DNA from: Bigelowiella natans CCMP2755
Taxonomy: Eukaryota; Protista; Cercozoa
DNA length: 64,000 nucleotides
Direction of reading: 5' to 3'
Assembly: GCA_000320545.1 (NCBI GenBank)
Contig: ADNK01000282.1
Location: 1 to 64,000, forward strand
The notes under the pieces were generated by a model. It saw nothing but the letters and a program-made list of their open reading frames with translations, was not told where the DNA came from and made no database searches. This document shows, piece after piece, positions 13,715 through 27,588 of the stretch (within the stretch, counting starts at the first letter, position 1; the number at the start of each line of letters is the position of its first letter). The position numbers were made by a program, and so were the translations under genes.

Positions 13715-13889
13715 TCCAGCTGTTACTTCTCATTTGTGAAGTTGTTCTGCGAGATGAGATGATAACGTGTGCGTCCCCCCCCCCCCTCCTCCCCAGATAA
13801 CCCAAGATGACATCGCAAAAGCATCCCTCCTGCAGCGCGCATGGCAATTTACGTGCTACATGGCCTACAGCTTTATCGTTCGGATGTAA
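12188..13889 (+). CDS. Phospholipase D-family, bacterial-type cardiolipin synthase-like protein (ClsB/YbhO-like); start codon not resolved
   Basis: Two HKD motifs (RNHRKILLVD...FCGGMNI and LHTKAVCID...LGSFNFD), plus IHMETYI..D..G and YITSPYFLP. Splicing ..13393|13567-13647|13797-13889 replaces the ORF-track tail with RNLE|VGVGVLNTAVSQNVEKQFLDNLRNSVE|ITQDDIAKASLLQRAWQFTCYMAYSFIVRM*, which matches a Cls-type C-terminus. Confidence 0.85.
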
Positions 13890-13929
13890 GAATAGCTTCA
13901 AGTTTACAATGAATTATTATGATACTAAT

Positions 13930-14340
13930 AAAACTAGAGACCAAATTCTACCTTTATCGATGGTGTATTTTTCAATGCATTCGATCGCACGGCATTGCAT
14001 CGCAAACTGCATGCACGGTTGCGCGTCGCCTAGCTAGCTGGTACCTGTGCTATTGCAAGTTGGCACGCACGTGCTGCATTGCAACATGCATTAATAACAA
14101 TCCCCACTTTTCCATGTGGACATGTGTGTGTGTGTGGGCGCGCGCAGACAATTGACTAGAACCAGGTCACACTATGAACATTTGAATTGCCAAAATTACA
14201 ACAAGGCTCATGCTAGCATGATCAATGAATAGAACAACAAAAGAAGTAATTCGAATCACATGTGTCTCTTTCTCTTTCCTCTCTCATTGATGCGCATGGA
14301 ATCACACTTGTACACACTTGCAAATTCGATGGCATTCGCC
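13930..14340. other. TGCA/CTAG-rich tract between the Cls-like and ankyrin genes
   Basis: gcattgcatcgcaaactgcatgcacg..cctagctagctgg..gctgcattgcaacatgca. Confidence 0.55.
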
Positions 14341-14364
14341 CTCCCTCCACATGACCTCTCATCG

Positions 14365-15207
14365 TCATGCCACAACATGATGGACCAAAACGGATGTTTC
14401 CACCTTGGTCAAACACTCCACAATGCCCTCTCTTTTGTTGGCGACTGCTACATCGAGAGCCGACTTCCCATCGTTATTCCTGGCTTCGACGTTGGCATTG
14501 GCTTTCTCTACAAGGTACCTTACCACGTCAATATGGTCATCAAGAGCGGCATAAATGAGGGAGTTACCTCCATATTTGTCCTTGGCCTCGATGTTAGCAT
14601 TGGCCTTTTCTACGAGGTACTGCACCGTGCCTACCCGGCCATTGATAGCAGCCCAGATGAGCGATGTAGATCCATCGTTCTGCTTGGCCTCAACGTTGGC
14701 GTTGGCGGTCTCTACGAGGTACTGCACTGTATCAATATGGTGGCCACAAGCAGCTGAGATAAGGGGTGTAGATCCAAAGTCATTCTTCGCCTCGATATTA
14801 GCGTTCACCTTCTCTACAAGGTACCGCACTGCGTCAACCTGTCCATACCTAGAAGCCATGTTGAGGGGTGTAAATCCATATTTATCCTTGGCCTCGACGT
14901 GGGCGTTGGCCTTCTCTACGATGTACAGCACTGTATTAACGTGGCCATTCCGAGCTGCCCAGATAAGAGGTGTCCATCCATCGTCGTCCTCGGCCTCAAC
15001 GTTGGCCTTGGCCTTCTCTACGAGGTACCGTACAACGTCAATGTGCCCATATCGAGCAGCCAAGATGAGAGATGTGTGTCCATCGTTATCCTTAGTTTCG
15101 ACGTTGACGCTTTTCGTCTCAAAAAGGCGACGTGTGGTGTTCAGATCTCCAGTTTCCGCAGCTTTAAGTAGGGGCTGATGAAGAGCACCGTGTTCAGACA
15201 CACTCAT
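14365..15207 (-). CDS. Intronless ankyrin-repeat protein (about 8 repeats of 34 aa)
   Basis: Tandem units such as HTSLILAARYGHIDVVRYLVEKAKANVEAEDDDG and WTPLIWAARNGHVNTVLYIVEKANAHVEAKDKYG, with a 102-nt period. First ATG at 15207; the ORF track starts at a GTG. Confidence 0.95.
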   Translation of the reverse strand: MSVSEHGALHQPLLKAAETGDLNTTRRLFETKSVNVETKDNDGHTSLILAARYGHIDVVRYLVEKAKANVEAEDDDGWTPLIWAARNGHVNTVLYIVEKANAHVEAKDKYGFTPLNMASRYGQVDAVRYLVEKVNANIEAKNDFGSTPLISAACGHHIDTVQYLVETANANVEAKQNDGSTSLIWAAINGRVGTVQYLVEKANANIEAKDKYGGNSLIYAALDDHIDVVRYLVEKANANVEARNNDGKSALDVAVANKREGIVECLTKVETSVLVHHVVA

Positions 15208-15387
15208 GTGCACGCGCGAGTTTAGGATTGTAGTTACGATAGATAATCTGTTTCTCTTTTGAGTCGTTTCCCTCTAAATTTCTACCTTATAATCGTCATG
15301 ACCTTCTTCTGAAAAATTCCTCTCCTTTTTTATTTTGGTCTTTTTGTCCTCCCTCTCTTTCTCTCTTTCTCCCTCTCTTTCTCTCTT

Positions 15388-15440
<53 letters not shown>

Positions 15441-16070
15441 GTCACACAATTTTGTTTTTTGTTCCCTGCCTTTCTCTCATTCTTTCTCCCCGCACCTGCC
15501 TCTTCGAACGAAACCAACCAAACATAAATGCAATGGATTCGACGGTCTCTGATCACCTCGTTCGTGCTCCAACAAAACTCATGCGCAAAACTTATTTTTT
15601 CGGGTGAAAAAATGGCGGTCAATTTCGATCCAAAACCCTGTCGCTCTGCAACAAATAGGCAGTAGAGTACTAGGTACTTCCGACAAAATTCGTGCCTCGT
15701 TTAACTACCAAGGATTTGTACTGGTGACGAAGAAAGAATTACAGGCAAAAATGGCCCAAATTTCTAGGTGCGACAAGCGGTATAATATATTTAACTTTAT
15801 GGACTACCGTGTCGCTCGATTGCCCACTCGACGTAACACAATCACCACCTCGATAAGGGCTTTTTTCCTGCTTGAGAGGGAGGGAGGTACTCATGTTCGA
15901 GTCCAATTATCAGTTATTCCTCGCTTTTAGTAGAACTCTCTAGTCCCCATCGAAGATGAACGAGGAAAATAGCGTAATCTAAAGGGAATATCGCAAATCT
16001 TATGATACTTTCATGTTGTGCTCATCTTAGGTGAGTGAGCGAACACACGTGTTGAAGAATTTTTTGGACC

Positions 16071-17908
16071 ATGAGCAATGAAGACGGATTGGCCATGCCT
16101 GTTACCGCAGAGTCTACCACGGTTCGGGAGACGAAGGACGAAAAAGCTCAGACTGAAGAATCTGCAACGCCACAACGCACTTCCGAAGGCAATGCCACAC
16201 CAGCGGCTACAGCGCAGGGATCAACAGCAGACGATATGGAAAAGAATTTTTCTCGCGAAGGAAATGGCAACATGCCGAGTGGTCCACCACAAGTAGCGCA
16301 GGAGAGGGAGAAATCAAGCGCCTTCTCTGGCAGCATCCACAGGAAGCCTCTTGGTGATTTTCTTGGGGAGAACGAAAAGGTGGACAGGGAACCTTTGAAA
16401 GATAGGATCGACAGGCTACTAAATGATAAGAGTATTCAACAGATTATTTCACAGGTACGATATATTCCTCTTTAGCGCCCATTATTTTCCCTTCATTATC
16501 AATAGTCGGCGGTCCTGTAAGATGAATGGTTATAATAGTTCGCATCGAAATTAGTCCATTTAAACAAATAAAGAAGATCCATATCAACCACAATGACACT
16601 ACAATTTCATATTGGCCATTTTACATTTGCTTAGCAGTACCATGCGCTGAAGTACGAGATGGGTACAATGGCACAGCGAACGGTGAGGCGTGGTTATGGG
16701 TTCTTTGTAGTAGCACGCTTCTTCGTCATATCCTTTTTGTAGCGTTTTCTTACAATTTATGACCCCATATCTGGACCTACATGTAATACTCAGTCACAAA
16801 TCTGCTGATTGAAGCTGGGATGAGACTAAGAAGTGTTTCTGTGTTCTATCTTAAAACGACAGGCCGATGTCCTTGCATGCCGAGAAGAATATGAAAATGC
16901 TAAAAGAGACTTCGTGAAGGCACTTGCTATCATGGGGTCGCACTCCAAGAGCGGTGCCGATGTGCAGGTAGTAGTAATGTGAACATATGCCCATAATAGA
17001 ATATGAATGAGTCTTATTTTTTAAGAGGGCTAACAACGATTATTACCGTGGTTGCAATGAGTTATCATTATTATCATTCTACACCAGTCAGTGAACACGG
17101 TCCAAAAGTATTTCTTAACTCAAGCGATGATCTCAGACGTAACAAACCAACACCACCTCGACAAGCATATTTGTCTTCCTAAATGAACAACGAGAGAGAG
17201 AACGAGATAGGGGGAAAGAGGAGAAAGTTCTCTTAAGTATGAATAGAAAACAGTTGGAAGGCCTGAATTAGTCCACCTAGCTACCCTTCCAAAATTACAA
17301 CATTGTTGGTGCAGATCGATAACAAGCAACAGAAGAACCTCAAAGTCAATATGCAGGATGCAATAGGTACAACAAAGAGGAGGGGGAACGAAGAAGAAAG
17401 AGCGGAGAATATGGAGAGAGACACATAGAGGTTGAGGAAAGTAAAGAGGAGGGAGAGTTATAGTCATTCGATAAGGGTACACCTCTCCATTCTTACTATT
17501 CCGCTACCCAACACACCACCTATTTACAACCATAACCTCCTCCTCCTCATTCTACTCCGCATCGTCCTCATCGTCCATCATGTACGACAACAAACAGAAG
17601 AGATCGTAATCGACAACGTAATGGTGGACAGAGAGATCAATCGCCTCGAAAATTGCAAGAAAAAGCTCATCGAGATCCGGGTTGGACAGCTAATTCCCCT
17701 TGGGATCCGACAACTAAGTTGCCACTTCTGATGATTTGCGTCTCACGACGCGGAACAGGCCACGGCAAGAGATGAAATTCGTCAGGTGTCGATGTTCATC
17801 CGCCCCCATTTATGGTTGTCTTTTTGTTGTTAGGAGGTGCAGAGTGTGCGGTTTATGCGGCACGGTCATGATGATCAAAAGGGGCAGAGGCTGGAATACC
17901 GCCTCAAG

Positions 17909-17940
<32 letters not shown>

Positions 17941-18089
17941 CACGTCATGAAAATACACTACTACATTCAAGATAATGATGATGATGATGATGACGAACAG
18001 TGTGATGATGATTAGCATTCCTTTTGAATGGTTAGCTGCTGGTGGATGATCTACAGGGATACAAGGATCAGCTCAAAAGCACGATATCA

Positions 18090-18135
<46 letters not shown>

Positions 18136-19195
18136 GAGAGAGAGAGAGAGAGAGAGAAAGAGAGCTTCAAAACAACATTCCTTTCCATTTTATGAAGATC
18201 TAAATGGACAGGGTGCACACGCCCACTGACACAATCCATAATGTTGTTTCCCACTCGCATATTTCCCCCTACACATTGATGTAATCGAAACACCGCCTCC
18301 AGTTTGACATTTCACATCTTAAATCCGTTGTGCGGTGTTCTGTGTCTTTTTGATTTGTATTATCCTCCTACTACCTGTGTATGTGATGAACTGACTGGCT
18401 GACCCAACCAATCAAGAGCCTGTTGTCTAAGAAGAATAATCTTTTGACAAGTAAAATCATGCTAATACTGCGGCGGGCATGATGGCCACTCACCTCTCGC
18501 CCAACGTTGCTAATCCATAACAGGAAATTTGGGAGCATATGCTGCCGTGTCTCTGTTGTCGGTTCAGGAGTCGAACAAGATAATTGTGGCAGAAAATAAG
18601 GTGAGGAAGGACACGTCTCCCTCGCCGACGCCGCAATTTATGTGGCTATGTGTAGTGTTATCTTTCATATTGACTTGTTCTTCAGCATTCACCCAAATAG
18701 GAATAATTTCTTGTGCAATGATCATTTCATTGCTGAATAATTGTGTTAATGTTGTGGTGCGTTGTTCATATAGAAATCAAGTGCAGATTTGAAAAATAAT
18801 ACGGGACTGAGTTCGCCAGTAAACGTACGTTCGCAGGCATACACGGGGAAGGAGGAAGGGGCGACGCCGAAATTTTCGAATAGTCGTGTTTTACAAAACT
18901 CTTTGTTTTTATTCATATCCGTGTGCTATGTGTGTGTGCGTGTGTGCGTGTGTGTGTGTTGTGTGTGTGGTAAAGTAAACATAATATGTTCGATATAAGT
19001 AATAAATTAAATAAAATATAAATAATAATTTATATGACCTTGCCAGTCGTGGCGGTTCGTCCCGCATGTCGACGTTGCAAGGATTATCGGTAAACCAGCT
19101 GCTAAGAAGCAAGACGAAAAGGTTGTTGAACGGAATAAAAGAGAAGGAAAAAGGAAATAATCGATAATGAAATGTAATGCTTTATGTAATGTTAA

Positions 19196-19226
<31 letters not shown>

Positions 19227-19693
19227 ATATTATCTGCATCACAAATGTTTATGTCGCAAGAACGTGTATTTACATGTATCCCAAGTGACTCAGCATGCAG
19301 AAGCGTGTGGAGCACCTCCTCACCATCTCTTCCACTTATTGATAGGCATCTTCGGTAGATGATGCCTCGGAAGCAGCCTCTTCTTCACCGGCAGTACAAC
19401 AACAATCTAAAGCGGTGAAAATCCCTTTAGTAGAGAAGGACGAGAAGGGCGACGAAAATAAGACGAGTGAGTGTGTAGACAACGAAGAAGCTGTGGAAGT
19501 ACAAGTAGATGTGCCTCCTACCGACACTGCAGCAGCTGTGGGCAGCGATTGTGCTGTTGGCAATACAAAGGTTGCTAGCAAAGATGAGGCTGAAGCAGGC
19601 GAGGCTGATCGTTGCAATGACACTCCTCCTCCTGCTGCTGCTGCTGATGATGATGATGATAATACCCCCAAAGGAGAGGGGGAGCAAACATGA
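16071..19693 (+). CDS. Hypothetical multi-exon protein: disordered termini and a helical/coiled-coil core
   Basis: Exons bounded by AG/GT read MSNEDGL...IQQIISQ|YHALKYEMGTMAQRT|ADVLACREEYENAKRDFVKALAIM...|IDNKQQKNLKVNMQDAI|EEIVIDNVMVDREINRLENCKKKLIEIR|ATARDEIRQ|EVQSVRFMRHG...|LLVDDLQGYKDQLKST. A last acidic exon ends at TGA 19693. Whether the 18200-19350 exons belong to the same gene is uncertain. No family recognised. Confidence 0.5.
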
Positions 19694-20029
19694 GGCGTAC
19701 GATGCAATATGTAAGATTTCAGAAAAAAAAGTCCAGTCTGTAAGTGCTGATGGAAGCTTCACATAAATAGAACTGAAGACATAGGGACAGAATGTAAACC
19801 AAAAATGAATCGTTGTTGAGTGAGTACTTCCATTTTCAATCACTCTCTCGTGTATGTAGCGACATGAGAGAATTTCGTATTTAATTCTCAAACCACAAGG
19901 ATCATTCTTAGATTTCTCGATCTAACATCGATATTAATGACCCAAACAATTTATAAGATACTACAGATCGAACAAAGCTTGGTCGAGTACATATGGCTAT
20001 GAAATAGCACCCGCAACGTCGACAGTAAT

Positions 20030-20370
20030 TCGCGATGCATGTGCTTGCACCGACACATCGTAGTTGCTGTGATGAGAACAGTCATGCAGTGTCGAATGAT
20101 CAAATGCACATTGCACACACAATGAACTTGTACGAACGACTAATCAACATGATGATGCCCATGATTCCAATGTTATGCAGCGAAGTAGCAGCGGAACTAC
20201 TTAGCAATGTCACAGCAATGCGCCAGATGGTTTGCTGTCGCACTGCCCAATCTAGCTAGCTAGCAATGCTGCACATGGATTGACGTGCATGCACCGTGCT
20301 AGCGTGCTAGCGTGGTGTTTTCACAACATGCTTGCACACACATGAGACACGTGCGTGTGTTCATGGAACA
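20030..20370. other. TGCA/CTAG-rich tract
   Basis: tctagctagctagcaatgctgcacatggattgacgtgcatgcaccgtgctagcgtgctagcg. Confidence 0.55.
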
Positions 20371-21464
20371 ACTTCATCGCGCTGAGCTCTTCCTTCTCCT
20401 TTCCCTTTCACCGGTGACGAAGCAAACAGGCTGAACAATTTCTGCACAGTCCAGAAGTGATTGTTTCAGCAAATTCTGGAAATTGCACGCACAAAACCAT
20501 TGAACCTCTTCTCGATTTTGAGCGATAGAGTTCCAGAACAGACTGTCTCTCCCTGTTGTGTTGGATGCCAGTCTCGTTGAGCACACTGAGTGAAATGACT
20601 ACCATGAATGAATGAATGATGCATGTCCTGACCTGTTTTTTGGACGGGTCGCGGAAAGGAGATGAGCGGGTCGCCGCGACGCTGCACATGTTAAAATGTC
20701 ATGGATTTTACAGGAGCGACAAGGAATGTTGAGACTTTATCCTAAGTTTTCATGCTACAGTGATTTACTAGGAAAGTTCAGTCTGATCAGGGATCGCGAC
20801 ATGGAATATGACCATAAAGCACAAACAGGAACGCGAGCGCGGGAAACTTTTTAAACTGGGCCGGTCTGTCCAGGCGTCAGTAGTTTCTCGGATAGGAAAA
20901 GTCCACATAATCACTTGGATTGACGGGTTGGGCAGACGAATAACATGTTTGATTTCGAAAGAAATAGAGACTATCTTTTTAGGTAATTCCTGGTTAGATC
21001 ACGCGCACCTTTCTTGCATTTGAAACCCTGTTACATTTTGCCTCCTCAGGTTTACCTATCCTCCACCCTCCCCATCCTTTCTGCACCCCACACCACTCCC
21101 TCCCCACCATTACGGGGGTTGAACCACAATCCCTATATCTCTGTCATTTGGGGTGTCCTAGATCCCATCCCACCGTATCGACTGACTTAGACCTGCTGCA
21201 TTCTGTGAACACAGTTTCACTCAAATAGAGCGGGCGGCCCGGAAAGACTTCCGACCCGACCCGAGTTTCAGGCAGGGCTCAAGCAAAAGCGGTGATAATT
21301 GAGCGGATTCAAAAAGGTAGGTTTCCAAGGATACTGTTTGTATGTACCTAGTTATGGATCGATTTGCCGGGAGGGGCGAAAATGAATCTGAAAAAAAATG
21401 AAAACCGTTCCTCCACAACCTCAGGGACCACAACGCTTGCAGACAATGTTGGACGCGCGGTGAT

Positions 21465-23565
21465 ATGAAGCGGATGGGAAGAGGATATTTTAGGGTGCTA
21501 GCCCTGGCTGTGGCCTTATCCAGCCTTTGCCAGGGAGCGCTATCGTCGTCAGTACGCGGCCTGCTTCGAGGTAACAATCTCGGTACTACTACCCAGTTTC
21601 AAAAACCTAGGGAGAAAGGGGGGGGGGGGGAAGAGAGAGAGAGGCACTCCAAAAATATGGAGAGAATTTATCCACTCGCTCTCTTATTATTGGGTTCAAA
21701 TCTGGAGAATGATACTTTACATTTTCGATGCGGATGGTTACATTGCTGACGAAGCCATTGTCTTTCATAGGAACCATGCGGTCAAAGCTGTCGTTGTCTT
21801 CGTCGCTCCAATCAACGGCACCATCATCATCGAGGCAACGCGACGCCGCCGTCATATCGAGAACCAAAATGGGGCCGCTTGTCTCTCCTACTCATGCACG
21901 TAGTACGACAATTGGGCGATTGCGAGGCGGTGTGTCAGCACACCCAGCAGCGCACACAGCAGTGGATAAAGAAGAAGAAATCGACGAGGAAATCGGAGCT
22001 TTTGACATTGTCTTCTATCACGTAATGAGAAGTGACAATGATTTCGAATTACATCAACATCACTATGCGATAAGCAATTTGTTTGACTCTCGGGTGGAGA
22101 TAATAGAGAAGGAATAGGGGGGGGGAAGTCAACAAGAGAAGGCAGCAGCATTGCATCCATGCATCTGCTGGCGACATTTTTGTGCCTTCGCTCTTTTTTG
22201 TCGATCTTAGTTGAGATAGATTTGATGGAATGATGGTAGGTGCTTAGAATTCTCCACTTCCGATGATGTCCAATATGCTTTCACAGAAACCCTCCCAGAC
22301 GAAGACGTCGTCTCCCGGAGCACTGCAACACGGCACACAGGGGATTGTTGTTGAAAAGGCCGCCGATGCGAACGCGACACATCTGGCTCATCTCTACAAA
22401 AATGATAGTAACAAGATAATGGGAGCAGATCGACTGAAACGTCGGTGGCGAGTGCAGTTCATGGGTGCCAAGGAGCCCATTGATGTGCCAGAATCCCATT
22501 TGCGGGTAAGTCGACAAGGAGAGGGGGTGGATATATGAATTCCAAGTTTGTTTTGTCCTAAAGAAACAACGCTGGAAAGGATGCTGCACAGTTATATCGC
22601 TCCTATCTATTACTTCATTGTTTCACATTTGCTGTTATTTCCAATTCAGGTGAAAGCTCGCGACATCGCACGGGGATGTCGCGTGGGTATTTACCCCTTT
22701 CTTCCAGAGGACAGTTTCAAAGGAGATCCGTCTCATGTACAGCAAGCTATGAAAGGGGGGGGGGGGGGGGGGCAGCGACTGATGAATGAGTATTTTCGAG
22801 ATCGATTTGTTTAGTAAGAAGCGAGGTGGCGGTAATACTACAAATTATCCTGACAACCGACTTTCTCTCCCTTTTGGTGCTAGCTGACGGATGGAGACCC
22901 CAATACCAGCTTCAACGTCCGGCCACAGTCGTCGCTGGAGTTCCCGCTCAAGCAGCTATCTTTCATCGTAATGGCGAAGACATCAGCCCAGTCTTTAATG
23001 CCCTGCTTACACGCTAGCTTCCTGCACGTCATCGCATCTTTCTACTACTACTACTACTACTACTACTACTATTACTACCACTACAACGATAACAACAACT
23101 ATCATCACCGCTGACAGCTCTCATAAGTACCTGTGTTGTTGCTGCGAAGGTGGACTTAGGCACTCGAGTATGGCTGCAGATGGTTAAGATTCAATGGGTT
23201 CCGAAGGCGTACAGCAAGCGCTTCTTACTGCAGGTATATTGCCACACATGGCGACGACTGTGTGTGCACTAACTCGAAGTGGGGATTTCAAGGCACATAG
23301 TAGTCAATGATATATGCCTGCACGAGCGAGATGGTTTGTTTAAATGGTTGAGGGTCTCGTTTGCTGCTGCTGCTTAGATCTCTGACAGCACGCGAGAGGG
23401 GGGGTGGAGGAATCTGACCTCACCATGCGAAAGCTGCCATCGGAGGGATGACGGAACGATGAAGGGAAATTCCGGCTGGTCGCAGCACACCGTGGTGAAT
23501 GTGCAGAACCCAGGTGAGTGGGTGGGTGGGTGAGTTACTGATGATGGCGGCAATGATGACGATGG

Positions 23566-23596
<31 letters not shown>

Positions 23597-23834
23597 GATG
23601 ATGACGCGTAGCCTGCAGTGCGATGGATTGGTCTTTGATTCGAAATGACTGTGGTACTACTGGTATGCTGGATGATCGCTCCTCATCAGTGCCTTCGGCT
23701 ACAACTGGGCGCTACATACGCGTGCTTTGCTTGCTCCAAGATAGAAACGGTAGCAGCGAAGGTTTGGAAGGGAGCAAGAGCGGTAGCAAGGGAAGTAGTG
23801 ATATAATCTCCGAAGCACAGCTATCATCCTCCCG

Positions 23835-23870
<36 letters not shown>

Positions 23871-24027
23871 ACAGTAGTAGTAGTATTAACAGTAGTAATA
23901 TAGTGCCATCTGTTAAATGAGAGAATAATAGGAGGGGGAAGAGGAGGAGGAGGAGGAATAATGCCGAATATGATAGATACGATATAGAAAGGCTTGGCAA
24001 GCTTCCCCACCCCCCCTTTACCTACAG

Positions 24028-24058
<31 letters not shown>

Positions 24059-24118
24059 ATATTCCCCACTATTAATAATGATAACGAATGTACACGTATC
24101 ACACACTCACACACGCGT

Positions 24119-24171
<53 letters not shown>

Positions 24172-24692
24172 CGCACGCACAAACATACCCTCTTTCCCCT
24201 GCTAGCTGCACCTCCCTCATGGGGCCTACCTGTGCCGATTTGATGGTTGGACTGCTGCCATCCCCTCCCCTTCCTCTTCCTCTTCCTCTGCCAACTGTTG
24301 TTCTTAGGAACATGGGCATTGGAATCAAATCCATTGCAGCATACGGATCTCCACCGGAACCAGGTAAACAACAACACATCAACTTGACCGATAAAATTTG
24401 CAATAAAAACTGATTTGCATTACTTGCTTTCAGGAAATGATACTCGTGCCGTGCCTCCTGCTGCCGGTGATGCTGCCTCTGCCTCTGCTGCTACTGGTGC
24501 TGGCACAGCTTTGGTCGAGGAATCGTCGCCTCCTTTGTTTAAGATAGGGGATCCTGTTGAAATCTTCGGCTTAAAGTCAGTCACCTCTTTTTCTGTACTC
24601 GCGAATGAAACACATGAATAGCAAAAACTAACCAAGAAAACGTGCCAACATAAACCGATGTGCTTATGGTAAATGATCAAGATGCGCACAGA

Positions 24693-24724
<32 letters not shown>

Positions 24725-24850
24725 AGTATCATCTTTCACAGGGTGCGGTCGGAACTAAATGGCATGGAGGCAACGATCACAAGGTGTGATGATTCGACTT
24801 GTCGTTGCAGTGACGATTCTTTTATATTATACACACACACACACACACAG

Positions 24851-24941
<91 letters not shown>

Positions 24942-25114
24942 GTGTGTGGTGACTAATTCTGAGTCTGTATCTTGCTGCCGCGTGTGTCGGTGTATAGATA
25001 CTCGCAGGAAACAGGACGCTACAGCGTTGCTATGGAGGACCGGTAGTAATCAAAAAGGATACATATATATATATATATATAGTCAAGTGGCCGTAGTTTC
25101 TAGTCGTACGCGCG

Positions 25115-25185
<71 letters not shown>

Positions 25186-27551
25186 CTCTCACTTTCTGCT
25201 GCCGGAAAGATAATTGTTATTACAACTACCATCAGAACGATCGCGTGGCCTTGAGACCTAGGAATATTCGTCTTTTGATGATTGAGCGGGAGCAGCAGTC
25301 ACACGCTGCTTTGTCACCACCATCTTCACCATCATCGCAAGCAAGACCTCCTCCTAATCATAGCAGCGCTGGTGGCCATAGCCGCATTGGGAGTAGTAGC
25401 GTCGCTGCTGATGGCGCTGCAAGGGAACGAAGGCGGAGCTCTAGCAAGAAACGACCCAGCAGTAGTAGCAGCCGTGGGAAGACAACGACTCTGACTCGAA
25501 CCAAATCCTCCCCCCCAACCACGAAGATAACGGGCAGCAGCAGCAGCAACAGAAGCAGGTCAGAAAGGGGTGGGGATGAGGGGTGAATTTGAGGTGAATA
25601 ACGGAGGTCTCTAGGAACGCTATGCGGATTTGTGTATGTGTATGTGTGTGTGTGTGTGTATTTGTGTGCTGCCGATGGTTTATTGATATTCTTCATTGTG
25701 CCGGCCTATGTAGATCTGCGCGACCAATGTCATCATCACCAGGAATGGCGGACTGGAAGCAACGGCGGCGGGCTGCTCAGGACAGCGCTTCTGTAGGCGT
25801 TTCTCCTGACGCCTCCCCCCCCCCTCCCTCCACCACCACCTCCTCCTCTTCAACAGCGCTGTCGAGTGCGGGGTCGATGCTGGCACTAGGAAACATGGTG
25901 AAGGTGTGGGGGATGGAGCACTTGCACGGGCTGAGCGGACGGATAGTCGCAGTCCTCTCTCATATCGGCCATGTGCTCGTTGATATGGGGGGAGAGGTCG
26001 GTCTGGTCAAGGTCAAACCCCAGAATCTGGAGGTCCAGAAGGACGCAGCACAGCAGCGCCGAGGACGAGACGAGCGGCGACGATGGACTGGGGAAGGGGG
26101 TGCGGCAGCAACACCAGCTCGCGCTTCCTCGCCGCATACTTCCCCCTCCTCCTCCTCCTCCTCCTCCTCCTCCTCCTGGGGACTGGCGACGATCGATAGA
26201 GGGCGTTGGAGACCTGGGGACCTAGCCCTTATTAGTGGAATACGCTCGCACCCGGAGCTCAATGGAAAGGTAGTTGTAGTAGTAGTAGTATCAGTAGTAA
26301 TATGGTAGTTACGCATTCAGTTGTCACCATGGAGGAGTAGGGTACTCGCGATTGTAGCGGTGCCGTGTGTAGGTAGGAGAGATGCTAGCTACTACTACTA
26401 CAACTACTACAACTAACTACTGCAACTACTACCAACTACTACTACTACTACAGGGAGAGGTGAGATGTATGTGTAAGAGACTGCGTAGGTGTGCTCACGT
26501 GCCAGCCTTTTGGTGTGCGTTTGTGATTGTGTGCAGGAGGCTGTAATCGACTACTTCAACCGATCAGACGGTCCAATAAAAGCAACAACAACAACAACAA
26601 TAATAACAATATTTACACACTCTAACCTTCAAAGAACCCACGAATCGATGGTCTTTGTGCTCTGCTGACCTTCCTGTGCGCTGCTGCTGCTGCAGCTGCT
26701 GCTGTCGCCATTTTGAATAATCCACGCATGCGAACTTCGTAACAAACCAATACTTTTGGCGCTGCAGGGAGGTACACGGTGATCGTTCGTGACGAGTATG
26801 ATCGCAGTATCACCGACAACAACGCCGCCTCCGGAAGCTCGAGAATGGCGCCAAAGAGAGACCTAGCCGTGCGTATCGCCCTCCGCTCTGAATACCTGCT
26901 GCGGGCAGAGCAGCCGGCCATCGATCAGCGTAGTTTCACACTAACACAACACAACACAACCCAACACATGATGAACTTGTTTGATGGTGCACATAGAAAT
27001 ATGAGGTAGTACGTTTTAAATAAACGCGCCATATCAGGACAACAACAAGGAACTGCTGTTGGGTCGGATGAGAGAGTGCCTATGGAGGAGGAGGAGGAGG
27101 AGGAGGGGGAAGTGGAGGGAGGGGGCGCTAGCACGACGAAAGGGAGAGAGGGGAAGCGACTCGGAAAGTTGGACGAGGGGGAAGAGGAGGAGGAGGAGGA
27201 TGCAATAAGCTTATCCCAGCTTTTAAAGGAGTTCAATATCACCTCAGTCGCCGATCTGCTCAACTTCCCTGACGAAGAAGAAGAACAAGAAGAACAAGAA
27301 GAAAGAAATAAAGACGAAGATAAGGGGGCAGGAGAAGCAAAAGAACAGTCGAAGAAGAAGAAAGAGAAGGAGAATGGGTCTCTTGGTAGCTTCTTCCATA
27401 GCCATGCTAAAGAGGGGGAGGAAGGAGGCGAGCAAGGCAGCAAGGAGGGTGCGGCAATCATGCGTCTCTTCTCCTCCCTCCATGGCAAAAGTGGCCAGGT
27501 AGGAGCTGATATGGAAAAGGGGGGCAGCTCTGCAAGGAGCTCTGTAACGAC

Positions 27552-27588
<37 letters not shown>

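Noticed and set aside
14555-15178. 207-aa repetitive plus-strand ORF
   Set aside because: Antisense shadow of the ankyrin repeats.
20374-20689. Three overlapping minus-strand ORFs next to a TGCA-rich tract
   Set aside because: No motif or splice support; they may be decayed element sequence but cannot be assigned.
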